From: Mobula hypostoma
Taxonomy: Eukaryota
DNA length: 64,000 nt
NCBI RefSeq assembly: GCF_963921235.1
Contig: NC_086097.1
Coordinates: forward strand, 81,966,001-82,030,000
Reading direction: 5' to 3'
The notes beneath the pieces were generated by a model. That model saw only the letters and a program-made list of their open reading frames with translations, was not told where the DNA came from and did no database searches. The position numbers and the translations under genes were made by a program. Shown one piece after another: positions 36,340 to 50,130 of the stretch (positions within the stretch are counted from its first letter, which is position 1; each line of letters begins with the position of its first letter).

Positions 36340-36845
36340 GAAGGCTGTGCTGGCATTGGGAAGGGTCTAGAGGAGGTTTATGAGATTAATCCTGGGTGTG
36401 AAGGGATTAACGTATGAGGAGCACTTGATAGCTCTGTACCTGTACTTGCAGGAGTTTAGAAGAATGTGGGTAGATCTCATTGAAACCTACTGAATATTGA
36501 AAGGCTTGGATAGAGTGGACATGGAGAGGATATATCCAGTAGTGGGAGAATGTAGGACCAAAAAGAATGCCGCTGAATGTCCCTTTAGAACTGGGATGAG
36601 GAGGATTTTCTTTAGCCAGTGGGAGGTGAATCTGTGGAGTTCATCGCCACAGAAAGCTGTAGAGCCCAAATCATTGAGTATACTTAAAACAGAAGTTGAT
36701 AGGTTCTTGACTGGTGAGAGTGTGAGAAGTTACGGGGAGAAGAAAGGAGGATGGAGTTGAAAAGGAAAACCAAATTCACCATGATTGGCCGAGTAGAGTC
36801 AGGTTGAATGGCCTAATCTGCCCCTATGTCACATGGTCTTGTGTA
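36340..36845 (+). mobile_element. CR1 3' fragment
   Basis: KGLDRVDMERIYP and FFSQWEVNLW. Confidence 0.8.
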
Positions 36846-37209
36846 TAGTTCTCATACCTTACTCTGGAAAAATACTCACGTTGTATAATTTGATTTTGAA
36901 TGAGAAGGTAGTCTTATGTGTTGAAATTGATCTGAATGCCTGTGGAGTTTAGAAGAACAAAAGGTAATATCATTGAGATGTAACTAGTTTACTGTATAGA
37001 GGCAAGAGGCTGTTTCTGAATTGCTGGCTTTCATAGAAAAGGGGTCATAATCTCAGGATAATACGTAACCTACTTCAGATTAAGAAGGTTTAAGATTTCT
37101 TTGTTCAGTTGTTAAGTATTTAGAGTACTTCAAGGTACAGTTTCTAAGATAAAAAAAGACAACATCTGATTTTATTATTACTTAATAAAAACAGTGGCAT
37201 TCCTGACAA

Positions 37210-37582
37210 TTCAAGATTCAAGATTCAAAAGATTCAAAAAACTTTATTGTCATTCTAATCATACATCAGCTCTGCAGGGCAGAATGAGACAGCGTTTCTC
37301 AGGGGCAGTGTAATCATAACATAACAAACGCAACACTAAATAATAAACATAACAATAAATAGTAAAGCACAATAGCTACATGTCAGTTAAAATCAGTTAT
37401 AAGTGTCCAGTGCAAGTTAAAAGTGTCCAAAGCAGAGTCAGGTGGAGCAGCTATTTAGTAGTCTGACTGCCTGTGGGAGGAAGCTGTTTAGTAGCCTTGT
37501 GATTTTAGTTTTGATGCTCCTGTAACGTTTGCCTGATGGCAGAAGAACAAACAGTTCATGGAGAGGGTGTGAGGGGTCTTTA
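37210..37582 (-). mobile_element. Rex1/Babar-like LINE 3' end
   Basis: (AAGATTC)n tail; minus-strand LFVLLPSGKRYRSI...SFLPQAVRLLN. Confidence 0.75.
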
Positions 37583-37664
37583 ATTCTCTGTTTGTTGAGG
37601 TTTCCAGTTTGTGATTATTTGGGAACAGCAAGTAAGGCACGGATAAATACACCTCAGTGACTGA

Positions 37665-38316
37665 CAATGGATTCCGGTTAATTGGGACACTTTGCGACCA
37701 GCACATTTTGGCCCAATTTATGGGCTGGCCAACTTAGCCAAAGTTTCATGGAAATAGTTTAAAAAAGACAAACTGTCGTTTAACTAAGTAACAAATTATG
37801 TATTCGAATGAAATACAGAACAAGCTAGAACACTACCAATATTACTGCAGTATTCTGAAACTGGGTATTAGTTCCCAAACATCATCAAGGAAGGAATACA
37901 TCAAGTGTACGCTGCTGTGTTCTTTTGATTGACTGTAAGTAAACAGTCTCAGCACAGACACCTAGCGCAGATAATGAATGGTACTCATTGCCTTCCTGCA
38001 TGAAGTAGTGTCAAAAATCACTGCTTTGGAACTTGGCGTCAGTTGGCTCAAACGAATAACATAACACAAGCATACGCAGCTGACACTGTTTAAAAACTGT
38101 CCCCTCTAAGTATGGGGTAGTGATTAACGACCACACCAACGCCTGCAACTGACACTAGTTAGAAACTGTTTGGCAACAGTCTCCTGTCCCATTTAGTGTC
38201 CCAAATAAATGAAGGGAATCCCGGCTCTTTGCTTGATTCGTAGTTGTTCTTGACAAGTTGTCCAAATTAAGCAGCTGTCCCAATTAATCGATGTCTCAAT
38301 TAACCAGAATCCACTG
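37665..38316. mobile_element. pogo/Tigger-like MITE
   Basis: TIRs CAATGGATTCCGGTTAATTGGGACA / TGTCTCAATTAACCAGAATCCACTG; TA on the right flank. Confidence 0.8.
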
Positions 38317-39584
38317 TACATTAAGAAAGAAAATGTCAAGAAAACTGTTTAGACAGTGAACAGCACATGGCTCAAATTTCATTTTCACTGTGTTCAGGGC
38401 TTGCAAGCATACCTGAGCTTGGCATCATTTAATAAAAGGCTGAAACTTATAGAGGGATTTTTGTTTTCCTTTTCACACATACTGTATGAAGGTACAATGA
38501 ATACTCTCCTGCATACATAACTGTGCAGAAGCTGATCTATGAATGGACACAAATGTAATATTTTAAAGGAAAGGATTTAGGAAATGAGGCACTTTTTGAG
38601 ATATCCTGAATAAACCTAGTGATCTGCAACTGCAACATTATTTCTACATAGATATATTCTTCCTTCTGTATCTTGTGTTTCAGTCTCTGAATGTGTATAG
38701 ATTTACAATGTAGTGTATTTTATATTTTTATAGAAAGCAATTAGAATATACTTACATGAACTATCAAAGACAACGAGGACGCTATAAAACAATGCACAAG
38801 TCATTAATCAGATTTCTTAATGAGTTGGATATAGAGATACTATATCAAAATAGACTTCATAGTTTTCATAAAAGATTAGATTATATTAAGGAAAATGGAA
38901 ATCGTTCAGCTGAATGAAGACCATTAAGAATAACATCTCAAAAAATAATAGTGCATGGAAGAATTCCATTTAAATTAGATTTTAAAAGTCTATATTGTAT
39001 TATCAATCATTAGACACTAAATTTTATAATGGATAAATAAAAATCAGATGGTAAATTGTAATGATATAGATTTATGTATATTTTGAAGAAGTTTTATTAT
39101 AACCAAATGGTTTTGTTTGCAACTTTGCCTTATTTTCAAGACTGTGCATTTTCTATTAGCCAATAGAACTGGTTGAAGTGGAATTGTTTTGCTCGTTAGA
39201 GGATGATATCCATTTTTGATTTGTTCGTTCTGGAAGATAGCAGAGGGAAACAGGATTTTGGTGGTGCTTCAGAGTTAATACAGTTCCACTAGAAGCTATA
39301 TCTGGCTATTCATTGTTGTAAATACCCTGTCTAGTCGCTTTTTTTTACCTCATTTGAGTTCATATAATTTTTTTTCGAAATGTGTACTTAAATGTTTGTT
39401 TCAAAAAGGAACATCACCAATAGCTTGAAAAATTAATTTCAAGCACAATAATAGAGATTTGAATCTTTTCACCCACAAAATGTCATCCATAATACAAAAC
39501 TTGGAATGGTTGTAAATGCCGATTAGGATATCTTAAATGCTTATTTGGTATTTTACAACACACAGAAAATGAGGAAATAAGATG

Positions 39585-40738
39585 ATGAGAGTATAAGTTG
39601 ATGAGAGGCATTGATCATGTGGATAGTCAGAGGCTTTTTCCCAGGGCTGAAATGGCTAGCACGAGAGGGCACAGTTTTTAGGTGCTTGGAAGTAGGTACA
39701 GAGGAGATGTCGGGGTAAGTTTTTTTATGCAGAGAGTGGTGAGTACGTGGAATGGGCTGCTGGCAACGGTGCTGGAGGTGGATACAATAGGGTCTTTTAA
39801 GACAGGGGTCCCCAACCATTTTTGCACCGCCGACTGGTTTAATATTGACAATATTCTTGCGGACCAGCCGACCGAGGTGGGGAGGGGGTGGTGTTCAAGT
39901 AGGGTTAAACTCACCTCAACATATCTTTTACAGTTAGGGTTGCCAACTTTCTCACTCCCAAATAAGGGACAAAAGTAGCAGTCAAATCCCGGGACACTTC
40001 ACCACAGGAAAGACTACCATGACCATGAAGCCTTGCGTGGGCACCTATGTGCGCATGCGTGACATGTGGATGTGATGTGCGCATGTGCGTATGTGCCAAT
40101 TTTTTCTCCCACAAATCGGTTTTGCCTTCATCTTCCTGACTATACTGTACATACATTATTTCTACTTTATATAGGCTGTGTATTTATCATACCATTCTGC
40201 TTTTACTATATGTTAGTGTTATTTATTTTCGGTTTTATGTGTTATTTGGTATGATTTGTTAGGTCATTTTTTGGGTCTGGGAACGCTCAAAAAATTTTCC
40301 CATATAAATTAATGGTAATTGCTTCTTTGCTTCACGCCATTTTGGCTCAAAAGGTTTCATAGGAATGCTCTACCTTAGCGGGGGAAATACAGGACAAACC
40401 AATTTAGCCAATATACGGGATGTCCCGGCAAATACGGGACAGTTGGCAACCCTATGGTCAAGTTCAACAGTGCGTGACAGGGAATGAGGAAAGGTGCAGC
40501 TGACTCATATCGTTTCCTCACGGCCCGGTAGCACATGCTTTGCAGCCCGGTACTGGTTCGCGGCCCGGTGGTTGGGGACCACTCTTTTAAGAAACTGCTG
40601 GATAGGTACATGGAGCTCAGAAAAATAAAGGGCTATGGGTAACCCTAGGTAATTTCTAAGATAAGGACAAGTTCAGCACAGCTTTGTAGGCAGAAGGGCC
40701 TGTATTGTGCTGTAGGTTTTCTATGTTTCTATGTTTCT
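39585..40738 (+). mobile_element. CR1 3' fragment split by a hAT element
   Basis: FFMQRVVSTWNGL...IGSFK resumes after 40592; (TTCTATGT)n tail. Confidence 0.8.
39803..40584. mobile_element. Non-autonomous hAT element with an internal second TIR element (39935-40454)
   Basis: TIRs CAGGGGTCCCCAACC / GGTTGGGGACCACTC; perfect 8-bp TSD TTTTAAGA; inner TIRs TAGGGTTGCCAAC / GTTGGCAACCCTA. Confidence 0.9.
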
Positions 40739-40744
40739 AAATCA

Positions 40745-40910
40745 TCAGGCCAGGCAGCATCTATGAAAAGAGTTAAACAGTCTATATTTTGGGCCAAGAC
40801 CCTTCATCAGTTTATTCTTTTCCGTGGAAGCTGCCTGAACTACTGAGTTCCTTCAGCATTTTGTGTGTGTTGCTCTAGATTTCCAGCATCTGCAGAACCT
40901 CTTGTGTTTA
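40745..40910. mobile_element. Fold-back Penelope pLTR derivative
   Basis: CAGGCAGCATCTATGAAAAGA followed by inverted TCTTTTCCGTGGAAGCTGCCTG; orientation switches at ~40810. Confidence 0.75.
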
Positions 40911-41257
40911 TGGTATTTTACATAGTGAAGTATTTCGGCACTTCAGAGCAGCCTTCCAACAGGCTAAGGAGTACTTAACAGCATACACCCGCTTTTCAAG
41001 TCCTATGATAAGCTAGTGACAGTCATAGGAGGAAACAAATCTGATATCAATGTTCATTTAAGATGAAGCCAGATAATAAATCTTGTGTTTGGTGTATTAG
41101 TTTATGTATTGTTAAATAAAAGATCATTGGGGGCATAAAAATTACTTTGTAGAGAGTCAGCAATGTGATCATTTAATATGATAAACAAACATTACTAATT
41201 ATTCACCATATCAAGCTCTTTTGGGAATTCCTACAAAGTCCAAGACAGGGAAGCAAT

Positions 41258-43235
41258 CCAAGATTCAAGATTGTTTAATGTCATTTGCAGTGCATAAGCA
41301 TAAAGAACAAAATAATTGTTACTCTGGATTTGACGTAGCACAAAAAAAAAGAGCGATAACAAAAAAACACAATAAACTTTAAAATGTAAGTTACATACAT
41401 AGATTGATTCTATGTCCATAAAGTGACAGTAGGCACAGGTGTCTCTGCACATGGGTCACTGACAGGAAATAATGAAGTAGTAGTTGTAGGGGCTGTGATG
41501 GGGTGGGTTGATGAGTGGAGGAGTTGATCAGCCTTACTGCTTGGCTGCTTCTGCGCTTAGTGGTCCTGGCGGGTATGCTACACAGCCTCCACCCTGATGG
41601 AAGTGTTCAAACAGGCCATGAACAGTGTGGGTGGGATTCTTCATGATGTTACTGGATCATGACCTTTTCCAGCACCTTTCTGTATGTACATAGAAACCAT
41701 AGAAACTACAGCACAGAAACAGGCCTTTTGGCCCTTCTTGGCTGTGCCGAACCATTTTCTGCCTAGTCACACTGACCTGCACACGGACCATATCCCTCCA
41801 TACACCTCCCATCCATGTATCTGTCCAATTTATCCTTAAATGTTAAAAAAGAACCCACATTTACCACCTCGTCTGGCAGCACATTCCATACCCCCACCAC
41901 TCTCTGTGTGAAGAAGCTCCTCCAATATTCCCTTTAAACTTTTCCCCCCTCACCCTTAACCCATGTCCTCTTGTTTTTTTCTCCCCTTGCCTCAGTGGAA
42001 AAAGCCTGCTTGCATTCACTCTATCTATTCCCACCATAATTTTATATACCTCTATCAAATCTCCCCTCATTCTTCTACGCTCCAGGGAATAAAGTCCTAA
42101 CCTATTCAACCTTTCTCTGTAACTGAGTTTTTCAAGTCCCGGCAACATCCTCGTAAACCTTCTTTGCACTCTTTCAACCTTATTTATATCCTTCCTGTAA
42201 TTTGGTGACCAAAACTGAACACAATACTCCAGGTTTGGCCTCACCAATGCCTTATACAACCTTATCATAACATTCCAGCTCTTATACTCAATACTTTGAT
42301 TAATAAAGGCCAATGTACCAAAAGCTCTCTTTACGACCCTATCTACCTGTGACGCCACTTTTAGGGAATTTTGTATCTGTATTCCCAGATCCCTCTGTTC
42401 CACTGCACTCCTCAGTGCCTTACCATTAACCCTGTATGTTCTACCTTGGTTTGTCCTTCCAACATGCAATACCTCACACTTGTCTGTATTAAACTCCATC
42501 TGCCATTTTTCAGCCCATTTTTCCAGCTGGTCCAAGTCCCTCTGCAGGCTCTGTAAACCTTCCTCACTGTCTACTACACCTCCAATCTTTGTATCATCAG
42601 CAAATTTGCTGATCCAATTTACCACATTATCATCCAGATCATTGATATAGATGACAAATAACATTGGACCCAGCATTGATCCCTGTGGCACATCACTAGT
42701 CACAGGCCTCCACTCGGAGAAGCAATTCTCTACTACCACTCTTTGGCTTCTTCCATTGAGCCAATGTCTAATCCAATTTACCACCTCTCCATGTATACCT
42801 AGCGACTGAATTTTCCTAACTAACCTCCCATGCGGGACCTTGTCAAAGGCAAGGTCTTTGTCAGAATGTCTTTGATGGCGGGTAGGCTGGTGCCAGTGAT
42901 GTGTTGGGCAGTTTTGACTACCTGTTGTAAATCCTTCCTGTCCACCACCGTTTCCGTACCATGCAGTGATTCAGCATGTTAATTTGCTCTCTACCGTGCA
43001 TCTGTAGAATAACTCCTCAGAAAGTGGAGGTGCAGGTGAGCTTTTGCGACGTGCAGAGTGTGTTTCGGGGCCATGGGGTGTTGTGTGAAATATGCATTCC
43101 CAGGAGTTTGAATCTGCCTCCAATTTCCACTGCTGTGCCGCTGATGTAAAGTAGGTTGTGAGCGATGCAAGTTCCCCTGAAGTCGGTAACCATCTCATTT
43201 GTCTTGTTGTCATTGAGGAAGAGGAATTAAGTACC
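41258..43235 (-). mobile_element. Rex1/Babar-like LINE fragment split by a CR1
   Basis: CAAGATT tail repeats at 41259; RT-end peptides resume at ~42851. Confidence 0.65.
41689..42850 (-). mobile_element. Young 5'-truncated CR1 (307-aa open RT C-terminus)
   Basis: ORF 41861-42784 with VPQGSMLGP, KFADDTKIGG and [15 protein letters not shown]; tail CATAGAAAC x2. Confidence 0.93.
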
Positions 43236-43689
43236 CACATGCTCCTATGAGAATAAACGGAATGTCTGCTGTTAATTTAGTTAAATGGTTCTGTTGTTTT
43301 CAAAAGCTTTAGCTTTTTATTTTCTAAGGTGTGATAATTTGCTTGATCTATTTAAAACAATTTGATTGTTTCTGATTGTCAAGAGGTATAGCTCATCTGG
43401 GAAATGTCTTCACACTGTTTTCATGGAATGGGCTTGTTCCAACCCCTTCCTCAAACAACGCCTTGGCATTTATGTGTGCAAGACCATTGAATCTGTGGTG
43501 TGAAGTTGACAGTGGTGTATCCGCTGGTGTTCAGTATGGACTTAGCACATGGGTCAGCAAATGATGAAATAAGGAAAGCACAATATTAAATCAATGCCAT
43601 ATTTGCTGATGACAATAAGGTTGAGGTTGCAGTGGATAGCAAGGAAGGCATTCAAATTCCAAAGTAAATTTATTATCAAAGTACACATA

Positions 43690-44914
43690 CTATCCTATAA
43701 GAAGTATTTACCCCCCCCCCAGAAGTTTTCATGTTTTATTGTTTTACAACATTGAATCACAGTGGAATTAATATGGCTTTTTTGACATTGTTCAACAGAA
43801 AAAGACTCTTTTGTATTAAAGTGAAAACAGATCTCTGCAAAGTGATCAAACTTAATTACAAATACGAAACACAAAATACTTGATTGCATAAGTATTCACC
43901 CCGTTCAAGTCAGTATTTAGTAGCTGCGTCTTAGGCAACAATTACAGCCTTGAGCCTGTGTGGATAGGTCTCTATCAGCTTTGCACATCTGGACTCTGCA
44001 ACCTAGAAACATAGAAACATAGAAAATAGGTGCAGGAGTAGGCCATTCGGCCCTTCGAGCCTGCACCGCCATTCAGTATGATCATGGCTGATCATCCAAC
44101 TCAGAACCCTGTACCTGCTTTCTCTCCATACCCCCGATCCCTTTAGTCACAGGGGCCATATCTAACTCTCTCTTAAATATAGCCAATGAACTGGCCTCAA
44201 CTGTTTCCTGTGACAGAGAATTCCACAGATTCACCACTCTCTGTGTGAAGAAGTTTTTCCTCATCTCGGTCCTAAAAGGCTTCCCCTTTATCCTTAATCT
44301 GTGACCCCTCATTCGGGACTTTCCCAACATCGGGAACAATCTTCCTGCATCTAGCCTGTCCAATCCCTTTAGTATTTTATATGTTTCAATAAGATCCCCC
44401 CTCAATCTTCTAAATTCCAGCGAGTATAAGCCTAGTCGATCCAGTCTTTCATCATATGAAAGTCCTGCCATCACGGGAATCCATCTGGTGAACATTCTTT
44501 GTACTCCCTCTATGGCAAGAATGTCTTTCCTCAGATTTGGGGACCAAAACTTTTCCCCATTCTTCTTTATAAAACTGCTCAAGCTCTGTCAGATTGCATG
44601 GGGGTCGTGAGTGAATAGCCCTTTTCAAGTCCAGCCACAAACTCTCAACTGGATTGAGGTCTGGACTGTGACTTTGCCACTCCAGGACATTAACCTTGTT
44701 GTTGTTAAGGGGGGGTGAATACTAATGCAATCAATTGCTTTATATTTGTAATTATTTAGATCACTTGGTAGAAATCTGTTTTCAGTTTGACACGAAAGTC
44801 TTTTTCTGTTGATCAGTTTAAAAGAGAAGCCAAATTAAATCCACTGTGATTTAATGTTGTAAAACAATAAAACATTAAAACTTCCAAGGGGGCAAATATT
44901 TTTTAGAGGCACTG
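43690..44914 (-). mobile_element. Tc1-like deletion derivative with ~200-bp TIRs
   Basis: Inverted repeats at 43690-43905 and 44710-44914 ending GGCACTG|TA; transposase C-terminus WLDLKRAIHSRPPCNLTELEQFYKEEW. Confidence 0.85.
44005..44550 (-). mobile_element. Young CR1 3' end inside the Tc1
   Basis: FWSPNLRKDILAIEGVQR; (CATAGAAA)n tail. Confidence 0.9.
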
Positions 44915-46454
44915 TATATTAACTCATATATAACCCTGGGCTTCATTTTCTTGTGTGCAATCACAGTAAATACAGGTAGGTTCTGAGGCTCCTGTACCTC
45001 CTTCCTGATGGCAGCAGCAGGAAGAGAGCATGGCCTGGGAGATGGGGGTCCTTGATGATGGATGCTACTTTCCAGCAGGAGTGTAGATGTGCTCAGTGGT
45101 AGGTAGGGCCTTGCCCCTGACGGACTGTTTGCAACAGGATTTGGACCAGTAGGAAATATGGACTGAAAAACAGCAGATAGAATTTAATGCAGACAAATAT
45201 GAGCCTTGAACTTTGGGAGGACAAACCAGGGTACAACTTACACAGTTGAGCGGTGGGGCACTGAGGAGTGCAGTAGAACAAAGGGATCTGGGAATATAGA
45301 TCCCTTATTCCTTGCAAGTGCCATCTTAGGCAGATAGAGTTGCAAAGAGAGCTTCTGGCGCATTGGCCTTCATAAATCCAAGTACTGAGTACAGGAATTC
45401 GGATTTTATGTTGAAATTGTATAAGATGTTGGTGAGGCCTAACATGAACTATTCTGTGCCCTCTGGTCACATACCTACAGGAAAGATATCAATAAGGTTG
45501 TTTAGAGTGCAGAAGGAACTTAGAAGGATACTGCTGGGACTTGAGGACAAATGTTATTGGAAATGGTTGATTAGACTAGGACATTTTTTCCCTGGAGCAT
45601 AGGACAATCAGGGGAGATTTGTTAACCATGTTGAAGGCATTAATTCACAACAGATTAGGCAGGCTGCCAGTTGAAAACAGAATATGAGTATTAGCAGGAT
45701 AGTGAGTGATGTGGATCTCGAAGTCCAGAGTTAAGGTAAATTTACTATGAACGTATGTCTACTATATACAACCTTGAGGTTCTTCTTCTTGCAGGCAACC
45801 AGAAAACACAATAGGATCCACAAAAAAACCTCACAGAACAAAGATGATCAAATATCCAATGTGCAAAAAAAGAACAGATCATGTAAACACTAAAAAAGTA
45901 AACAAATAACACACAGAACATGAACCCCAGAGTCCACAGACACGGAGCCATAACCCAGTTGTGGACTTTTAACAATACTGAGGATTGTTCTTGTAATGGG
46001 ATGGTATTGTTGGGGATGGGTGGAGGAGTGTGGGTGTATCTGAAGTCTGGACTAAATTAGATATTTGGTTTAATGATAGATACGATATCAGTCAGAAGTG
46101 AGGGGAGAGAGCTAGCATGGGTTTGAAAGCACCATATAGCCAAACTGGCAAGGGATCTCTGGAATTCTAACTGTATTAGTTGGGTGTCTCACAGTGAAAA
46201 AGAATAAAATACATACTTCCAAATCATTAATAAAACTATGGTTTCTTTTTCCTTTGAATTTCCAAAACTCAAACCTATTCTTTGAAGAAAAATAACAGAT
46301 TAGGGTGAAGATAACAATTGTATTCTCTAACGAACTGAAAACTTCATCCAATTGATCATAATGCAGTTGTGGGCTTCTGACAATAATGAGAATTTGTTTA
46401 GATTCTTATATTTACTAAAGCATAATTATTCTTGACGATACAAAATTATCAAGG

Positions 46455-49400
46455 TTATATATGTCGAAGTTCAACATTCAAAATAAATTTATTGTAAAGG
46501 TACATACTGTATATGTCACCATTTACAAACCTGAGATTCATTTTCTTGTGGGCATTCTCAATAAATCCTAAATAGATTAATAACCATAACAAAATCAATG
46601 AAAGACCACACCACTTGGGCATACAACCAATGTGCAAATGACAACAAACTGTGCAAATACAAAAAGATAGAAATAATAATAATAATTTATAGATAATTGG
46701 GCAGTTTTCCAGGGATGGTGGGACCTGTTCTGGCGGGATGGTTTACATCTGAACTGGAGGGGGACAAATATTCTTGCAGGTAGGTTCGCTAGAGAGGCTC
46801 CAGTGGATTTAAACTAGATACAAGGGGGGAGGGGAACCAGAGAGTAGGAACAGATGTAGGGGAGAAGGAAGAAAAGGGAGATAATAAAGTTGTTTGCACC
46901 GTTAGTGATAAACAGAGAGTAAGAGGTGGAAAATTTCTTAGAAGCATTTATTTTAATGCTAGGAGCATTGTAAGAAAGGTGGATGAGCTTAGAGCATGGA
47001 TTGATGCCTGGAAATATGATGTTGTAGTTACTAGTGAAACATGGTTACGGGGGGGGGGGGAGAGTGTGATTGGCAACTAAATATTCCTGGATTTCGTCGC
47101 TTCAGGTGTGATAGAATCCAAGGGACAAGAGGGGGAGATGTTGCATTGCTTGTCAGAGAAAATATTACAGCGGTGTTCTGGCAGGATAGATTAGAGGTTT
47201 CATCTAGGGAGGCTATTTGGGTGGAATTGAATGGGAAGGGTGTAGTAATACTTATAGGGGTGTATTATAGGCCACCTAATGTGGAGTGAGAATTGGAGGA
47301 GCAAATTTGTAAGGAGATAGCAGATATTTGTAGTAAGCACAAGGTTGTGATTGTGGGAGATTTTAATTTTCCACACATAGACTGGGAAGCCCATACTGTA
47401 AAAGGGCGGGATGGTTTGGAGTTTGTAAAATGTGTGCAGGATAGTTTTTTGCAGCAATACATAGAGGTACCAACTAGAGAAGGGGCAGTGTTGGATCTCC
47501 TGTTAGGGAATGAGATAGGTCAGGTGACGGAGGTTTGTGTTGGGGAGCACTTCGGGTCCAGTGATCACAATGCTATTAGTTTCAATATAATTATGGAGAA
47601 GGATAGGTCTGGACCCAGGGTTGATATTTTTGATTTGAGAAAGGCTAACTTTAAGGAGATGTGAAAGGATTTAGAAGGAGTGGATTGGGACAATTTGTTT
47701 TATGGGAAGGATGTAATAGAGAAATGGAGGTCATTTAAAGGTGAAATTTTGAGGGTACAGAATCTTTATGTTCCTGTTAGGTTGAAAGGAAAGGTTAAAA
47801 GTTTGAGAGAGCCATGGTTTTCAAGGGATATTGGAAACTTGGTTCGGAAAAAGAGAGATGTCTATAATAAATATAGGCAGCATGAAGTTAATGAGGTGCT
47901 CGAGGAAAATAAAGAATGTAAAAAGAATCTTAAGAAAAAAATTAGAAAAGCCAAAAGATATGAGGTTGCTTTGGCAAATAAGGTGAAAATAAATCCAAAG
48001 GGTTTCTACAGTTATATTAATAGCAAAAGGATAGTGTGGGATAAAATTGGTCCCTTAGAGAATCTGAGTGTGTGGACAGCTATGTGTGGAACCAAAAGAG
48101 ATGGGGGAGATTTTGAACAATATCTTTTCTTCGGTATTCACTAAGGAGAAGGATATTGAATTGTGTAAGGAAAGGGAAACAGGTAGGGAAGTTATGGAAA
48201 CTATGATGATTAAAGAAGAGGAAGTATTGGTGCTTTTAAGGAATATAAAAGTGGATAAGTCTCCAGATCCTGACAGGATATTCCCTAGGACCTTGAGGGA
48301 AGTTAGTGTAGAAATAGCAGGGGCTCTGACAGAAATATTTCAAATGTCATTATAAGCGGAGATGGTGCCGGAGGATTGGCATATTGCTCATGTTGTTACA
48401 TTGTTTAAAAAGGGTTCTAAAAGTAAACCTAGCAATTATCGGCCTGTAAGTTTGATGTCAGTGGTGGGTAATTTAATGGAAAGTATTCTTAGAGATGGTA
48501 TATATAATTATCTGGATAGACAGGGTCTGATTAGGAACAGTCAACATGGATGTGTGCATGAAAGGTCATGTTTGACAAATCTTATTGAATTTTTTTGAAG
48601 CGGTTACTGGGAAAGTTGACGAGGGTAAAGCAGTGGATGTTGTCTATATGGACTTCAGTAAGGCCTTTGACAAGGTTCCACACAGAAGGTTAGTCAGGTA
48701 GGTTCAATCATTGGGTATTAATATTGAAGTAATAAAATGGATTCAACAGTGGTTGAATGGGAGACGCCAGAGAGTAGTTATGGATAACTGTCTGTCAGGT
48801 TGGAGACCGGTGACTAGCGGTGTGCCTCAGGGATCTGTACTGGGTCCAATGTTGTTTGTCATATACATTAATGATCTGGATGATGGGGTGGTAAATTGGA
48901 TTAGTAAGTATGCAGATGATACTAAGATAGGTGGCATTGTGGATAATGAAGTAGGCTTTCAAAGCTTGCAGAGAGATTTAGGCCAGTTAGAAGAGTGGGC
49001 TGAAAGATGGCAGATAGAGTTTAATGCTGATAAGTGTGAGGTGCTACATTTTGGTAGGACCAATCAAAATAGGACATACATGGTAAATGGTAGGGCATTG
49101 AAGAATGCAGTAGAACAGAGGGATCTAGGAATAATGGTGCATAGTTCCCTGAAGGTGGAATCTCATGTGGATAGGGTGTTGAAGAAAGCTTTTGGTATGC
49201 TGGCCTTTATAAATCAGAGCATTGGGTATAGGAGTTGGGATGTAATGTTAAAATTGTACAGGGCATTGGTGAGGCCAAATTTGGAGTATTGTGTATAGTT
49301 CTGGTCACCGAATTACAGGAAATAAGTCAACAAAATAGAAAGAGTACAGAGAAGATTTACTAGAATGTTACCTGAGTTTCAGCACCTAAGTTACAGAGAA

Positions 49401-50130
49401 AGGTTGAACAAGTTGGGTCCTTATTCTTTGGAGTGTAGAACGCTGAGGGGGGACTTGATAGAGGTATTTAAAATTATGAGAGGGATAGATAGAGTTGACG
49501 TGGATAGGCTTTTTCCATTGAGAGTAGGGGAGATTCAAACAAGAGGACATGAGTTGAGAGTTAGGGGGCAAAAGTTTAGGGGTAACACGAGGGGGAACTT
49601 CTTTACTCAGAGAGTGGTAGCTGTGTGGAATAAGCTTCCAGTAGAAGTGCAGGTTCGATATTGTCATCTAAAGTTAAATTGGATAGATATATGAACAGTA
49701 AAGGAATGGAGGGTTATGGGCTGAGTGCAGATTGGTGGGACTAGGTGAGAGTAAGCGTTCGGCACGGACTAGAAGGGCCGAGATGGCCTGTTTCTGTGCT
49801 GTAACTGTTATATGGTTATATGGTATGGTTATATAAATAAACAATAAATTTCGAGAACATGAGATGAGGAGACCTTGAAAGTGAGTCCATAGGTTGTTTG
49901 AACATTTCACTGAGTGGGGCAAGTGGAGTTGAGTGAAGTTACCCTCTTTGGTTCAAGATTCTAATTGTTGACGGGCAATAGCTGCTCCTGAACCTGGTGG
50001 TGTCAGTCCTAAGGTTTTTGCTTCTTTTTTTCTGATAGCATCAGTGAGAAGAGAACATGGCCTGGATGGTGGGGGTCCCAGAGGGTGGATACTGCTTTCC
50101 TGTGTCAAAGCTCTGTGCAGATGTGCTCAC
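46455..50130 (-). mobile_element. Rex1/Babar-like 3' end split by a long CR1
   Basis: Tail 46455-46687 resumes at 49831, collinear with the 16794 copy. Confidence 0.75.
46688..49830 (+). mobile_element. CR1/HER1-like LINE: ORF1 end and near-complete disrupted ORF2
   Basis: YFNARSI, VYYRPPN, VGDFNFP, GSSDH, NYRPVSL, VPQGSVLGP and YADDTKIGG; (TATGGTTA)n tail. Confidence 0.95.

Larger units (their letters stand above)
43560..45620 (+). mobile_element. CR1 RT fragment hosting three nested insertions
   Basis: FADD motif at ~43602 continues at ~45128 (LQQDLDQ). Confidence 0.65.

Noticed and set aside
44082..44640. ORFs mixing Tc1 transposase and CR1 RT sequence
   Set aside because: Artefacts of the nested insertion.
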